From Bdellovibrionota bacterium (GTDB taxonomy: Bacteria; Bdellovibrionota_C; UBA2361; CAKMMH01), in NCBI GenBank assembly GCA_050952645.1, contig JBMNLI010000010.1, forward strand, positions 224,001-288,000: a DNA stretch of 64,000 bases, read 5' to 3'. The stretch's first letter is position 1, and each line of letters opens with the position of its first letter. The notes below the pieces were generated by a model. It did not search any database and had not been told where the DNA came from. It saw nothing but the letters and a program-made list of their open reading frames with translations. The translations under genes were made by a program, and so were the position numbers. Below are positions 31,701 through 40,805 of this stretch, piece after piece.

Positions 31701-31915
31701 TTGTATTTTAGAAAAATATCTTTTAACGTTCTTCCAAATGCGTGATGAATCCCCATTGCACTATTTGCAGTAATAGGTCCATCTAAAAATCTGTAAACCT
31801 TTCCGCCCTTAACGCTTTTTCTTAAAGCTTCATAACACTTATTATCTTCCCAATACTTTAGTATCTTTTTTTCGGTTTCTACTAAACTATTTTTTTCTTT
31901 TTGACTATCACACAT
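28769..31915 (-). CDS. ileS: Isoleucine--tRNA ligase, type 2, non-canonical GIHH/KFSKT motifs
   Basis: DGPITAN..GIHH, WTTTPWTL, GSGVVHIAPGCG, DWNISRKRFYG, KFSKT, SNWYIRINRRRFW, KVRQPL. Confidence 0.96.
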   Translation of the reverse strand: MCDSQKEKNSLVETEKKILKYWEDNKCYEALRKSVKGGKVYRFLDGPITANSAMGIHHAFGRTLKDIFLKYKWMNGYDVRFRNGFDTQGLWIEVEVEKELGFKTKKDIEDYGLEEFTKRCNERVEKYTSIITEQSKRLGQWADWDDSYYTGKDYNIEAIWHFLKVCNEKGMIDKSYRPMMWCPRCGTSLSEHEMTGSYKDVVHTSIFLKLPIKGESKKIIVWTTTPWTLSSNVALAVNPNNDYCEVKVKSDNEHIILGKEALGVLGDDRVEIVRFFKGSELIGKEYTTCFEDFEAQQGFVHKIVSWDEVSAKEGSGVVHIAPGCGAEDFELGEQLGLPKIMPVDDNGIFLEKFGFLTGKNVKDVRDIIFKDLENRNMVYKLQEIVHPYPICWRCKEEIIFRLIDAWYIKVDDIREDLINASKTVNWEPEYLGKRMQDWLTNMGDWNISRKRFYGLPLPFYVCDKCGKLTVIGSKKELRALATNKDMVDKLPELHRPFIDKINILCPDCQSEVSRVLDTGDVWLDAGIVSFSTQEYFTNKKEWEKYFPAEFITEMREQVRLWFYSLLFMSVVLEGKAPYERVLGFSALVKEDGSKFSKTSKDNIKFHEAADKVGSDTIRYLYAGANYTNDIRFGWGLLDEARRKLMSFNNICTFFDTYASLDKPDLENFKIDKSKFAVSDLWLLARNNQFIRNAKNYMDNYQSNMMVKDLEFFIDDVSNWYIRINRRRFWKSSNTEDKLIGYYCLFEVIKTITRVLAPIVPFMCEDIFLNIIKKYEKNDLVTVLLFGYPKENSEFDNDEIINNTKVLRDIITLALRVRNEANLKVRQPLSKLYILTDNNEHKDFINSQRSVILEELNIQDIEFIRDESALVDEYLTLNFKVAGSVLKKDVQKVKDLLGSLTFEDMQKLVKDFNEDKPLFIKGFKEELSKEIFTKLTCEKENIKTGKENGVYVALNTYLTHDLILEGIVREIIRNLQVLRKDSGFAVEQKISVGISSSLELVKEAVDKFKEKIMSETLALSLTEKLDVVEGENVIEVNEGSVVIQVCKIS

Positions 31916-32030
31916 TTTATATATTTCTCCTTATATATTTCTCAGGTTATATTTATATAATTATATAAATATAATTTAGCTTTTTTAAACTTACGTTTTT
32001 TAAACTTAAACGCTTTCTTTTAAGCTTCCA

Positions 32031-32423
32031 CTATTTATTTATAAACTCCATATCTATTTGTATATCTTCTTTTAGTGCTTTTTTTACTGGGCAAGCCTTT
32101 GCGACAGCTTTTAAAACTTTTAATTCTTCTTCGCTTATAGGATTTTTAAACACAACTACTAGTTTTATAGAGCTAAACGCATAAGCTTTCATATCCATCA
32201 CTCTTGTAGCTACAACCTCTAGACCATCTACTGAAATTCCACGATTTTGAGCACTAAAAGCTATCATGCTAGCCGTGCAAGTAGCAAGAGATGCGGCTAA
32301 AAGATCGGTTGGGGAAATACCCTTACTATCATCTTTTGCATCCGTTAGAAAAGTCTGCTCTGTATCGCTATGCGTAGCTTTACACTGTAAATTACCTATA
32401 TATTCTACTTTAAAATTTGCCAT
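32031..32423 (-). CDS. OsmC family protein
   Basis: SPTDLLAASLATC ... ACPVKKAL two-Cys pattern. Confidence 0.88.
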   Translation of the reverse strand: MANFKVEYIGNLQCKATHSDTEQTFLTDAKDDSKGISPTDLLAASLATCTASMIAFSAQNRGISVDGLEVVATRVMDMKAYAFSSIKLVVVFKNPISEEELKVLKAVAKACPVKKALKEDIQIDMEFINK

Positions 32424-32788
32424 AATATTAATTTCCTTTAATTAAAAAAAATAAATGTTCTTCACACTTTTAAAAGGTTCTTTATATTTTTTTCTAGCTT
32501 ACATAAACACCTAAACTTTACGCTACTAAATTATGCTACTAATTTACGCTACTAATTTTTTACACTACTAAAAAGCACTAGCTTTAAAACATCCTCTAAA
32601 AGCAAGAGGGATGTAAAACACAAGGCATAACGCACGAGGGCATACAAGGAGCATAAAATAAAACTTAAAAAAAACATAAAGAAGCGTTAAAAAACTATAA
32701 AAACACGCCTTTAGATAGTTTTACACAATTTATGTAGCTTTAACAATGAATTTATTAAAAAAAACGAAACCTCTTTAAACTAGCTATT

Positions 32789-33553
32789 TTAAGAAACATT
32801 AAAAAAAACTTTTATTCCGAACTTATCTTTTTTAACATCGTAAACCTTTATATAATTAGAAGATTTAAAAACTTGAATACTATCACTTGGAGCGTATAAA
32901 TTATAAATATAGTTTTTAGGCGTTATCTCTAAATAATGTAGCCAACGCCTAAGGGACAAAAAACTTATATTCCAATTTGCTAAAAAAAGTATCGGCCTTT
33001 CTTGCCCTCTAAACTCTGTAAAGTTTCGTCTTAATATTAAATATTTTCTAAAACTTTCACTCTCATTTGCAGGACTTAAATTTTTAGTAGAAAGAAAAGA
33101 AAAAAGGATACGCCTTTTAGGAAGCTCTAAATAGCCTGTATAAATAGGATTAAAAAAATTATTATTTAACTTAGCTCTATTTTTTCCAAGTTTAAATTTT
33201 GAAAGGATAGTTAAATTAGAACTTAAACTTTGAGAATATTTATAAAACTTTTGAGCACCATTTAAATCGACAATATCGCTACTTGCTATATTTTTATCCT
33301 TGCTCTTAAGCTTACTTTTTATTACGTATAAATCTAAATCTTCCTTTAAAGCATTAACTAAAATATTATCTCTATCTTCTTTTTTAACATCTTCTAAGTC
33401 TAAAAAACATGCGGAATAGAAAGGCTCGCCATCAGATAATTTATCAAAACTATTATTTTCAAATAGTAAGGCTATAAGATAAAAGAATAAGAATAAACTA
33501 CATAGTGCTATTAATATTTTAAAGAATATTTTTAAAAACTTTTTTAGCTTCAT
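32789..33553 (-). CDS. Membrane-anchored hypothetical protein
   Basis: 254 aa ORF, N-terminal TM helix. Confidence 0.6.
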   Translation of the reverse strand: MKLKKFLKIFFKILIALCSLFLFFYLIALLFENNSFDKLSDGEPFYSACFLDLEDVKKEDRDNILVNALKEDLDLYVIKSKLKSKDKNIASSDIVDLNGAQKFYKYSQSLSSNLTILSKFKLGKNRAKLNNNFFNPIYTGYLELPKRRILFSFLSTKNLSPANESESFRKYLILRRNFTEFRGQERPILFLANWNISFLSLRRWLHYLEITPKNYIYNLYAPSDSIQVFKSSNYIKVYDVKKDKFGIKVFFNVS

Positions 33554-33565
33554 AATTTTTAAGCT

Positions 33566-33766
33566 TTATAGTTTTTTAAGCGACTCTGGGCTAAAAAAAG
33601 ACTCTACTCCATTATCCCATAAAACTTTTATCATATACTCTGGTTCAGTCGATTCTTTTTGATTAGGTTTTCTTAGTTCTGCACGAACTTCTTTTACTGT
33701 GCCGCAAAGTTGCTTACCCTCTAATCTTTGAACTTTGTCTCCCTCTTTAAAGTTGCATTCTCCCAT
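33566..33766 (-). CDS. Small hypothetical protein (SH3-like beta barrel?)
   Basis: 66 aa with AAGGA RBS; FKEGDKV..GTVKEV..IKVLWDNG. Confidence 0.6.
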   Translation of the reverse strand: MGECNFKEGDKVQRLEGKQLCGTVKEVRAELRKPNQKESTEPEYMIKVLWDNGVESFFSPESLKKL

Positions 33767-34116
33767 AGTAATTTTCCTTTATAAAAAAAATATGTTCCTT
33801 AAAACCATAGAAAAACATTTTAGCTCAAAACTTAAAAATGAACAACGTAAAAGAGTTTAAGTAAAATTTATTATAGAGAGCTTACACAGAAAGCTTAAAT
33901 ATTATAAATAGCGATATAAAGAAATACTCTTAAAATACGCACTATTATCAATATATTATAAATAATATTATAAAAAACGCCCTTTAATTGTAATAAAACT
34001 TTTACAATTAAATAAACAACCTTTGAAAAGATAACTCATCATAAATATAAACATTATTATTATGGCATTGTAGTTATGCATTATAGTTATGCATTGAAGT
34101 TATGGAGTGATTTTGT

Positions 34117-35391
34117 ATGTCAAAAGATTTGAAAAATATGATTGATGATGAAGATCTTTTTTGCTCTTTTTGTGGTAAACATCAAATAGAGGTTAAAAAA
34201 TTAGTAGCAGGTCCTGGCGTATATATCTGCGATGAATGTGTAGAGCTTTGTTCAGAGATTCTAGAAGATAATTTTGATGATGACGATGATTACAAACCAA
34301 AGAATATTCCAACACCTGCAGAAATTATGAAACAACTCGACGAATATATTATAGGTCAAGAATACGTTAAAAAAGTTTTATCCGTTGCCGTTTATAACCA
34401 TTACAAAAGACTTGAAAATAATGCCAAAGCTAAAAAACACGATGTAGAACTTCAAAAGTCTAACATTCTTTTAATAGGTCCAACTGGAAGTGGGAAAACA
34501 CTTCTTGCGCAAACTCTAGCAAAAATATTAGATATGCCCTTCACGATAGCAGACGCTACTAGCTTAACCGAAGCTGGCTACGTAGGAGAAGATGTAGAAA
34601 ATGTCTTAGTATCTCTTTTACAAGCGACAGATTACGATGTAGAAAAGGCCGAAAGAGGAATAGTCTATATCGATGAAATAGATAAAATCGCAAGAAAAAG
34701 CGACTCTCCATCGGTTACGAGAGATGTTTCAGGGGAAGGCGTGCAACAAGCACTCCTTAAACTTATCGAGGGAACCATCGCAAACGTTCCGCCAAGGGGG
34801 GGAAGAAAACATCCACAACAAGAATTTATTCAAGTAGATACGAAAAATATTTTATTTATCATAGGTGGCGCATTCGATGGCTTAGATAAAATCATAAATC
34901 AAAGAATCGGAAAAAAGAATTTAGGCTTTGGTTCAAAAGTAGAAAAGCAAGATAAGATAGATGAAAATATTTTAGAACACTTAGAAAGCCACGACTTAAC
35001 AAAATATGGAATGATACCTGAATTTATAGGCAGAGTTCCCGTAATAGCAACGCTTAAAGAATTAGATAAACCTACTTTAATAAAAATCTTAACTGAGCCT
35101 AAAAATGCTTTAATAAAGCAGTATGAAAAACTTCTTTCTATGTGTAATGTAAATTTACAAATTACTAAAGAAGCTCTTGCAGAGATTGCTTGTCAAGCGA
35201 TAGAAAAAAAGACTGGCGCTAGAGGATTAAGAAGCATAGTAGAGAAAGTAATGCTTGATACCATGTTTGAAGTGCCAAGCCACCCAGAAATAAAAGAGGT
35301 AATTATAAATGATAAGGTTATAAAAAACGAAGAAAAACCTAAAAAACTTTTACACAAAAAGAGTAGTAAGGAAGCTCTAGCGGCAAGTTAA
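34117..35391 (+). CDS. clpX: ATP-dependent Clp protease ATP-binding subunit ClpX
   Basis: CSFCGK zinc finger, [23 protein letters not shown] loop, GARGLRS. Confidence 0.99.
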   Translation: MSKDLKNMIDDEDLFCSFCGKHQIEVKKLVAGPGVYICDECVELCSEILEDNFDDDDDYKPKNIPTPAEIMKQLDEYIIGQEYVKKVLSVAVYNHYKRLENNAKAKKHDVELQKSNILLIGPTGSGKTLLAQTLAKILDMPFTIADATSLTEAGYVGEDVENVLVSLLQATDYDVEKAERGIVYIDEIDKIARKSDSPSVTRDVSGEGVQQALLKLIEGTIANVPPRGGRKHPQQEFIQVDTKNILFIIGGAFDGLDKIINQRIGKKNLGFGSKVEKQDKIDENILEHLESHDLTKYGMIPEFIGRVPVIATLKELDKPTLIKILTEPKNALIKQYEKLLSMCNVNLQITKEALAEIACQAIEKKTGARGLRSIVEKVMLDTMFEVPSHPEIKEVIINDKVIKNEEKPKKLLHKKSSKEALAAS

Positions 35392-35423
35392 AAAAATTTT
35401 TAAGCATATTCTCCTAATTTCAG

Positions 35424-35486
35424 TAGGCATCTTTTTATATTTTAAATTTTATTTTAAACTATATTTTTAAGATGCCTATTTTTTTT
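35424..35486 (+). terminator. Putative terminator after clpX
   Basis: TAGGCATCTT...AAGATGCCTA followed by a T run; long AT-rich loop. Confidence 0.4.
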
Positions 35487-35603
35487 CTTATATTAAAAAA
35501 AATATTTTTTAAGGAATTTTTCTATTAAAATTTTTTTATTTTAACAAAAGACATAAAAGGCCAAAAAATTAAAATCGAGATTTAAAATTTAAGTATTTAT
35601 TTT

Positions 35604-36017
35604 TTACTCACCACCGTATAAATATTTTCTAGTTTCTTGTGGAGGCAAACCGTGTGGAATTTCACTTTCTACTTGCTGCCTTAAAATATCGATTTCACGC
35701 TCTTTATTGTATATATCTTGTTGATTGTGCCTAACTCTTTCTAAAAACTCTCTTCTTTGCTTTTCTTCATCCTGTCTTTCTACAATAGCGCCTGTAATAC
35801 CACCTGCAACAAGGCCGATAGCTGCTCCTAATAGTGCGCTTTTCCCTGGGTCGCCATCGCTAATCACGGCTCCTATACCTGCTCCCGTTCCTGCACCTAT
35901 TAACGTTCCTGATAAAGCTCCAACTGGAATTGAACTGAACATCGATTTTAATGTAGCACAACCTGTAATATTTACTGCCATACTTATTAAAAGCAATACT
36001 AAAACGAGTTTTTTCAT
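35604..36017 (-). CDS. Glycine-zipper lipoprotein
   Basis: Lipobox ITGC; GALSGTLIGAGTGAGIGA / GAAIGLVAGGITGA. Confidence 0.85.
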   Translation of the reverse strand: MKKLVLVLLLISMAVNITGCATLKSMFSSIPVGALSGTLIGAGTGAGIGAVISDGDPGKSALLGAAIGLVAGGITGAIVERQDEEKQRREFLERVRHNQQDIYNKEREIDILRQQVESEIPHGLPPQETRKYLYGGE

Positions 36018-36053
36018 ATATTGATACCTTTATAAATTAAGAACTACAATTTT

Positions 36054-36080
36054 TTATCGGCAAATTTGCTAAAATGCTTC
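36054..36080 (-). promoter_or_regulatory. Sigma28-type promoter candidate
   Basis: Minus strand GAAG-N15-GCCGATAA (perfect -10), 36 bp upstream of the glycine-zipper gene. Confidence 0.45.
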
Positions 36081-36143
36081 TTGTATTTTTTATATTTTTT
36101 TATATTTTTGTAAACTTCTAAAATTTGATATAGAATAACTTTT

Positions 36144-36830
36144 ATGAATAACTCTGTAAACCCATATGTTAATAAATTAAAAGAGCAAAGCGAATATATA
36201 ATTCCTTGCTATTCTAATAAGATACGAGATGAAGATGTCGCTATTTTACAAGAAAAAATATCAAATTTTAGCGATATTAGTGTCAGCGATATTGATGCTA
36301 GTAATATTATAGTGGAAGTTTGCTCAGGTTCAGGAGCGCATCTTATAGAGCTTGCTAAAAAATTCCCTCTATCTTTAATAATTGGTTTTGAGCTTCGCTT
36401 CAAGCGTATTTTTAAGACTGCACAAAAAGCTAAAAGAGAGAATTTAAATAATATAATACTTATAAGAAATGATGCTAGAAACTTAAATTTATGGTTTAAA
36501 GAACGTAAAATTTCTAAATTATTTATAAATTTCCCAGACCCTTGGGATAGAGATAGATGGATAAAACATAGAGTGCTTTCTAAAGAATTCTTTGATAATT
36601 TAAGCAAATTATTAAAGAAACACGGCGAGTTTTTATATAAAACTGACCACACAGAACGCTTTTTAGAAACTAAACTATTACTAGAAGAAAACAATTTATT
36701 TAATATAGTAGAATATTCAGAAGACCTATATAATAGTCCTTATATAGAAAATAATATAAAGACTGAGTTTGAAAGTTTATTTTTATCACAAGAATTAAAT
36801 ATTAATTATTTAAAAGCCGTGAAGAAATAA
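36144..36830 (+). CDS. trmB: tRNA (guanine-N7)-methyltransferase
   Basis: EVCSGSG, NFPDPW, KHR, YKTDH, KTEFE. Confidence 0.92.
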   Translation: MNNSVNPYVNKLKEQSEYIIPCYSNKIRDEDVAILQEKISNFSDISVSDIDASNIIVEVCSGSGAHLIELAKKFPLSLIIGFELRFKRIFKTAQKAKRENLNNIILIRNDARNLNLWFKERKISKLFINFPDPWDRDRWIKHRVLSKEFFDNLSKLLKKHGEFLYKTDHTERFLETKLLLEENNLFNIVEYSEDLYNSPYIENNIKTEFESLFLSQELNINYLKAVKK

Positions 36831-36950
36831 TTTGGCGTTTAAATTTTCTTTAAAAACTTTTCTTTTTCAAAACTTGGTATATCATATAACCATTGTTATT
36901 TTGTATGTTATTTTATATGTTGTTTTATATTTAAATAGAGGAAATTATTT

Positions 36951-37754
36951 ATGAAAAAAAGTTGTTATTTGCTAATTTTCTTTGCTTTGCTTTCACTATG
37001 TTTATGTTTTGTAGCTTGCACAGACGATGATGATGACAGCGGCAGTGATAATTCGGCTCAAGCTGCTGCTTGCGATGAGCTAGGGTTTGGAAAATCTTAT
37101 ACTAAAATTATAAATGGTGCTACTTGCAATACTGCTAACTCTGCCGTAGTGGGATTAGATATCGTGGATATATATGGCGATAGTGGAGTATGTTCGGGGA
37201 CTATTATTAGTAGCAACGCAGTGCTTACCGCCGCTCATTGTTTTGAAAACGATGCTATTAGCGTAAAGATTAAGGCTGGGGATAAAGTTTACAATGCGGT
37301 ATCTGTAGTGGTGCACCCTAATTATAATCAAGGCTATGCAAATAAGTATGAACACGATTTAGCGATAGTAAATATTAGCAATACTTTTCATATAGCACCT
37401 ATGCCTATCATTACAAGCACTACTGCTAATCAAGGAGAAACCGTAATCATTGCAGGATTTGGTCAAGATGAAAGCGGAAAAACGGGAACTCTAAAAGCAG
37501 CCTATATGAAAGTTAACAGGACTACATCTTTAGGCTTTTATACGGTTTATGATGATACGCACACTAATGTTTGCTTTGGAGATTCAGGAGGCCCTGCTTT
37601 TGGATATGTAAACGGAGTGCTAGGAATTTTAGGCACTACTAGTTATGGAACTAAGACCGATTGTCTTTCAGGAGATGAAACTTTTTTCCCTAGCTTAAAA
37701 TTATCGAAAAATGCTAATTTTATCTTATCGAATGCGAGTGCAGGACAAATTTAA
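36951..37754 (+). CDS. Trypsin-like (S1) serine protease lipoprotein
   Basis: Lipobox FVAC; IING activation site; LTAAHC, HDLAIV, CFGDSGGP catalytic triad. Confidence 0.93.
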   Translation: MKKSCYLLIFFALLSLCLCFVACTDDDDDSGSDNSAQAAACDELGFGKSYTKIINGATCNTANSAVVGLDIVDIYGDSGVCSGTIISSNAVLTAAHCFENDAISVKIKAGDKVYNAVSVVVHPNYNQGYANKYEHDLAIVNISNTFHIAPMPIITSTTANQGETVIIAGFGQDESGKTGTLKAAYMKVNRTTSLGFYTVYDDTHTNVCFGDSGGPAFGYVNGVLGILGTTSYGTKTDCLSGDETFFPSLKLSKNANFILSNASAGQI

Positions 37755-37761
37755 AAAATAA

Positions 37762-37852
37762 TTCTTCACGTTTTAAGGTAGGCTTGATTAAGGTAGGTTA
37801 GAAAAATTGTTTTTTTGGAAGATTAGCTTAAACCACTTTAAAACGTGAAGAA
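37762..37852. repeat. MITE-like hairpin repeat, full copy between convergent genes
   Basis: TTCTTCACGTTTTAA ... TTAAAACGTGAAGAA. Confidence 0.88.
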
Positions 37853-37862
37853 CTAAATTTTT

Positions 37863-38243
37863 TTATTTATTTATAACTTTATTTACAATCTGCCCAGTGT
37901 TGCTATCGAAAGTATATTCTTGGCCTCCTGCATCATGTTTTGCCGTAACTGTAAATGAGTCTTTTTTAGCAGCTACAGATATTTGAACGCCTTTAGAAAT
38001 ATTTTTAATACTTGGGAGACCTTTACAAGAATCGTTTTTACAAGCAAAATATTTTTCTTCATCTATATAATAAAGTTCTTCAGCAGTTGAAACATTTTTT
38101 AAATCGGACAGTGCTCTAACATCGTAAGCCTTTTTCTTATAATCCTTGTATGCTGGAACTGCGATACCTGCTAAAATCATTATAATACACATCGTTATAA
38201 GAAGTTCTAACAATGTAAAACCATTTTGAGTGTTCGTTTTCAT
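37863..38243 (-). CDS. Type IV pilin-like protein
   Basis: GFTLLELLITMCIIMILAGIAVPAY prepilin cleavage/methylation motif. Confidence 0.92.
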   Translation of the reverse strand: MKTNTQNGFTLLELLITMCIIMILAGIAVPAYKDYKKKAYDVRALSDLKNVSTAEELYYIDEEKYFACKNDSCKGLPSIKNISKGVQISVAAKKDSFTVTAKHDAGGQEYTFDSNTGQIVNKVINK

Positions 38244-38290
38244 AAAAATTACCTCTTTTTTTTATTAAAATATTTTTGTTAAAATAAATA

Positions 38291-38361
38291 GGCTCTTCGC
38301 ACGCATTAAAGTAGCTTTAAGAGAAATTTACTTCTTTGCTAGGATTAAAATGCACGAAGAG
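38291..38361. repeat. Degenerate MITE-like hairpin repeat
   Basis: GGCTCTTCGCACGCATTAAA ... TTAAAATGCACGAAGAG. Confidence 0.55.
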
Positions 38362-38584
38362 ATAAAAAATATGCTACATATTATAAACATCGAAAATAAC
38401 ATTATTAGTGGTTCAAAATTATGAAGTTTTTTCTAAAACCTTAACTTTTAAGAACTTTTATGTTATAATATACATTTCTCTTTACAGCATCTAAAATCGA
38501 AGGTTATTCTTAAGTTTCTTATTTGTTTTTCTTAAATTATGCTCACTTAACTTTTTTGATTTTCCCTTTAAAGGATAATAACTT

Positions 38585-39430
38585 ATGATTATTAAATTTT
38601 TATTAAATGCTACAATATTTTTTTGCTCGACATTGTTTTTAACTACTAATGCTTTTTCAAGTGAAGAAACACTCGAAGCTTTAAGATTAAAAGAGGAGAA
38701 AATATTAAAAAGTTTAAATAAAAAATATTCTCTAGGTAAAGAACTTAATTTATCAAATAGTAAAGAAATAGATAATTTAATAGATAAACTAGAAAAAGAA
38801 GCACTTAATAACGACATCGATAAAATTTATAACAAGAAAACTTATAATGACAAAACTTATAATGAAGCATCGGTAAAAATTAAAAACGACTCGCAGCTTA
38901 GAAAGTTATTTACCAAAAGAGTTGCTAAAAGAAGAGATTTAAGAAAAAAAATATCTTTAAGAAGAACTAGAGATGATAAATTAAAAGATGATAAGTTAAG
39001 CTCTTCTACCATATTAGCTAGCAATATAAAAAATAAAATAGGCAAAAACAAGATCGACACAGATTTAAATGACTGCATTAAAAAAGCAGATTTAGTTTTA
39101 GAAAAAAGTAAAAGTGATAGTTCTAAAAGAACTATTAGCAAAGAATATTTTACTATTACGGATGATTATTTTGCTGAAAGTGAACGTGATGATGGCACGT
39201 CTTTCGTTTATGTAGCGGATGATGTAAGCTTACACACGCTACCGTCGCTTTCTTCTAAGCTTATTTATTTAGTAAAAGCAAACACGAAGTTAAAACTAGA
39301 TAAAAATCATGGCGCTTGGTATAGAGTAAAGAGTGCAGACAATAAGTATGGCTGGATTTTAGGCGATATGCTACACTTTAGCGACCCTAGTTCTTTGTCT
39401 ACCTTGAAAAATAAAGGAAAAGGATTGTAA
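38585..39430 (+). CDS. Exported protein with C-terminal bacterial SH3 domain
   Basis: Signal peptide; VSLHTLPSLSSKLI...GAWYRVKSADNKYGWI. Confidence 0.75.
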   Translation: MIIKFLLNATIFFCSTLFLTTNAFSSEETLEALRLKEEKILKSLNKKYSLGKELNLSNSKEIDNLIDKLEKEALNNDIDKIYNKKTYNDKTYNEASVKIKNDSQLRKLFTKRVAKRRDLRKKISLRRTRDDKLKDDKLSSSTILASNIKNKIGKNKIDTDLNDCIKKADLVLEKSKSDSSKRTISKEYFTITDDYFAESERDDGTSFVYVADDVSLHTLPSLSSKLIYLVKANTKLKLDKNHGAWYRVKSADNKYGWILGDMLHFSDPSSLSTLKNKGKGL

Positions 39431-39499
39431 ATTATTGTAGTTCAAAATGTACACTAATTTTGAAAATTTAAAAACAGAAGAACTTAATTACATATTTAC

Positions 39500-39589
39500 G
39501 GAGAGATGGCCGAGCGGCTGAAGGCACACGCTTGGAAAGCGTGCATACGGTAAAACGTATCGAGGGTTCGAATCCCTCTCTCTCCGCCA
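39500..39589 (+). tRNA. tRNA-Ser (GGA)
   Basis: GGAGAGA acceptor stem, anticodon arm CACGC-TTGGAAA-GCGTG, long variable arm, GGTTCGAATCC, encoded CCA. Confidence 0.97.
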
Positions 39590-39664
39590 TATATTTACTA
39601 AAATCTTTTTCTAGAATTTTTGCGGATTGTCGAATTTATAGGAGCTATAATAGTAATGTCTCAA

Positions 39665-40522
39665 ATGAATAATAAGGAAGCACTAGCGATTGTAAATAAT
39701 AAAACTAGATGGCGTATAAGAGAAGTGTTATCAGAAGCATGGAAACTAACACAAACTAAAGGTGTAAAATCTGGCATATAGCGTAGTCTAATTAAAAGCT
39801 CAATTATATCAACACTAATAATATTAATAGCTTTGGCAGTATGTACGTGTCTATTCATGCTTTCAATGTTTTATTTGATTTTTTTTGAAATTCCTGGAGT
39901 TACAACACTTTCTAGAATTTATTTTGAATTTGATACAATATTAGGAACATTAATAGTAGTAGCAGCGGCAACTACAACCTTAATCTCTGCGATAGCTATA
40001 CTCATGATAATTTATGCTCTATCTGCTATACCTAGACTAATTTATGCTTTTATTATGATTAAAAACATCGAGGTAATAAAGACAAATAATGCAGATTATA
40101 CTAATTTATTAAGTGAACTTAAATCATATCTTAAAACTGCTAAAATGTTTTTGTTGCTACCAATTTTAATTTTACTAATATTAATAATATTAGAAGTAGG
40201 GTTAAGTTCATCACCACTTTATATAATTGCTTTTGCTAATTTTATCATACTTAACGCATTCATAATGTGTTATTATATTATTACTTTTACATTAACTAAT
40301 ATTTTATTAAATAATACTAGCGATTTTAAAGGCATTACTAAGGAATTATTAGTTTGCACAAAGACTATACTATCAAGACCTTTTAGCTACATAATTTTAA
40401 CTTTAATCATTTTATTGATAATAATCTTATTAGGCATTCTCGTTATACCACTTATCTGGCTTGTGCCATTTTTACATTGCGTTGGGGCTGTATTGTATAC
40501 TAAGGAAAATTTTGATAAGTAA
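39665..40522 (+). pseudogene. Membrane protein with an in-frame TAG at 39779-39781
   Basis: ATG 39665 is in the same frame as the 229-aa ORF, with one intervening TAG (…SGI*RSLI…); multi-TM. Confidence 0.6.
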
Positions 40523-40728
40523 ATTTAAAAATAAACTTTTCTCTGCCTTTAAATGTAAAATTTAATTTTCATTAAATAACTAATTAAAATAATTAAAGAA
40601 AGTTTAAAAAATACTTATATAAATTATCAAAATCTTTTGCTTAGTAAGCTTTTTTTTAAGCTTTTTTTTAAGCTTTTTTTTAGCCTTTTTTTATAGCCAT
40701 GCATACTATAAAAACTTAAGAAATTTTA

Positions 40729-40791
40729 GTTCTTCACGTTTCTTAAATTCTTAAAGCTTCTCTCTCGAATCAACTTAAAACATGAAGAACC
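40729..40791. repeat. MITE-like hairpin repeat between convergent genes
   Basis: GTTCTTCACGTTT ... CTTAAAACATGAAGAACC. Confidence 0.8.
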
Positions 40792-40805
40792 AAAAAAATT
40801 TTACT

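Noticed and set aside
39500..39589. tRNA-Ser as the att site of an island
   Set aside because: No duplicated tRNA 3' end and no tyrosine integrase found in the window.
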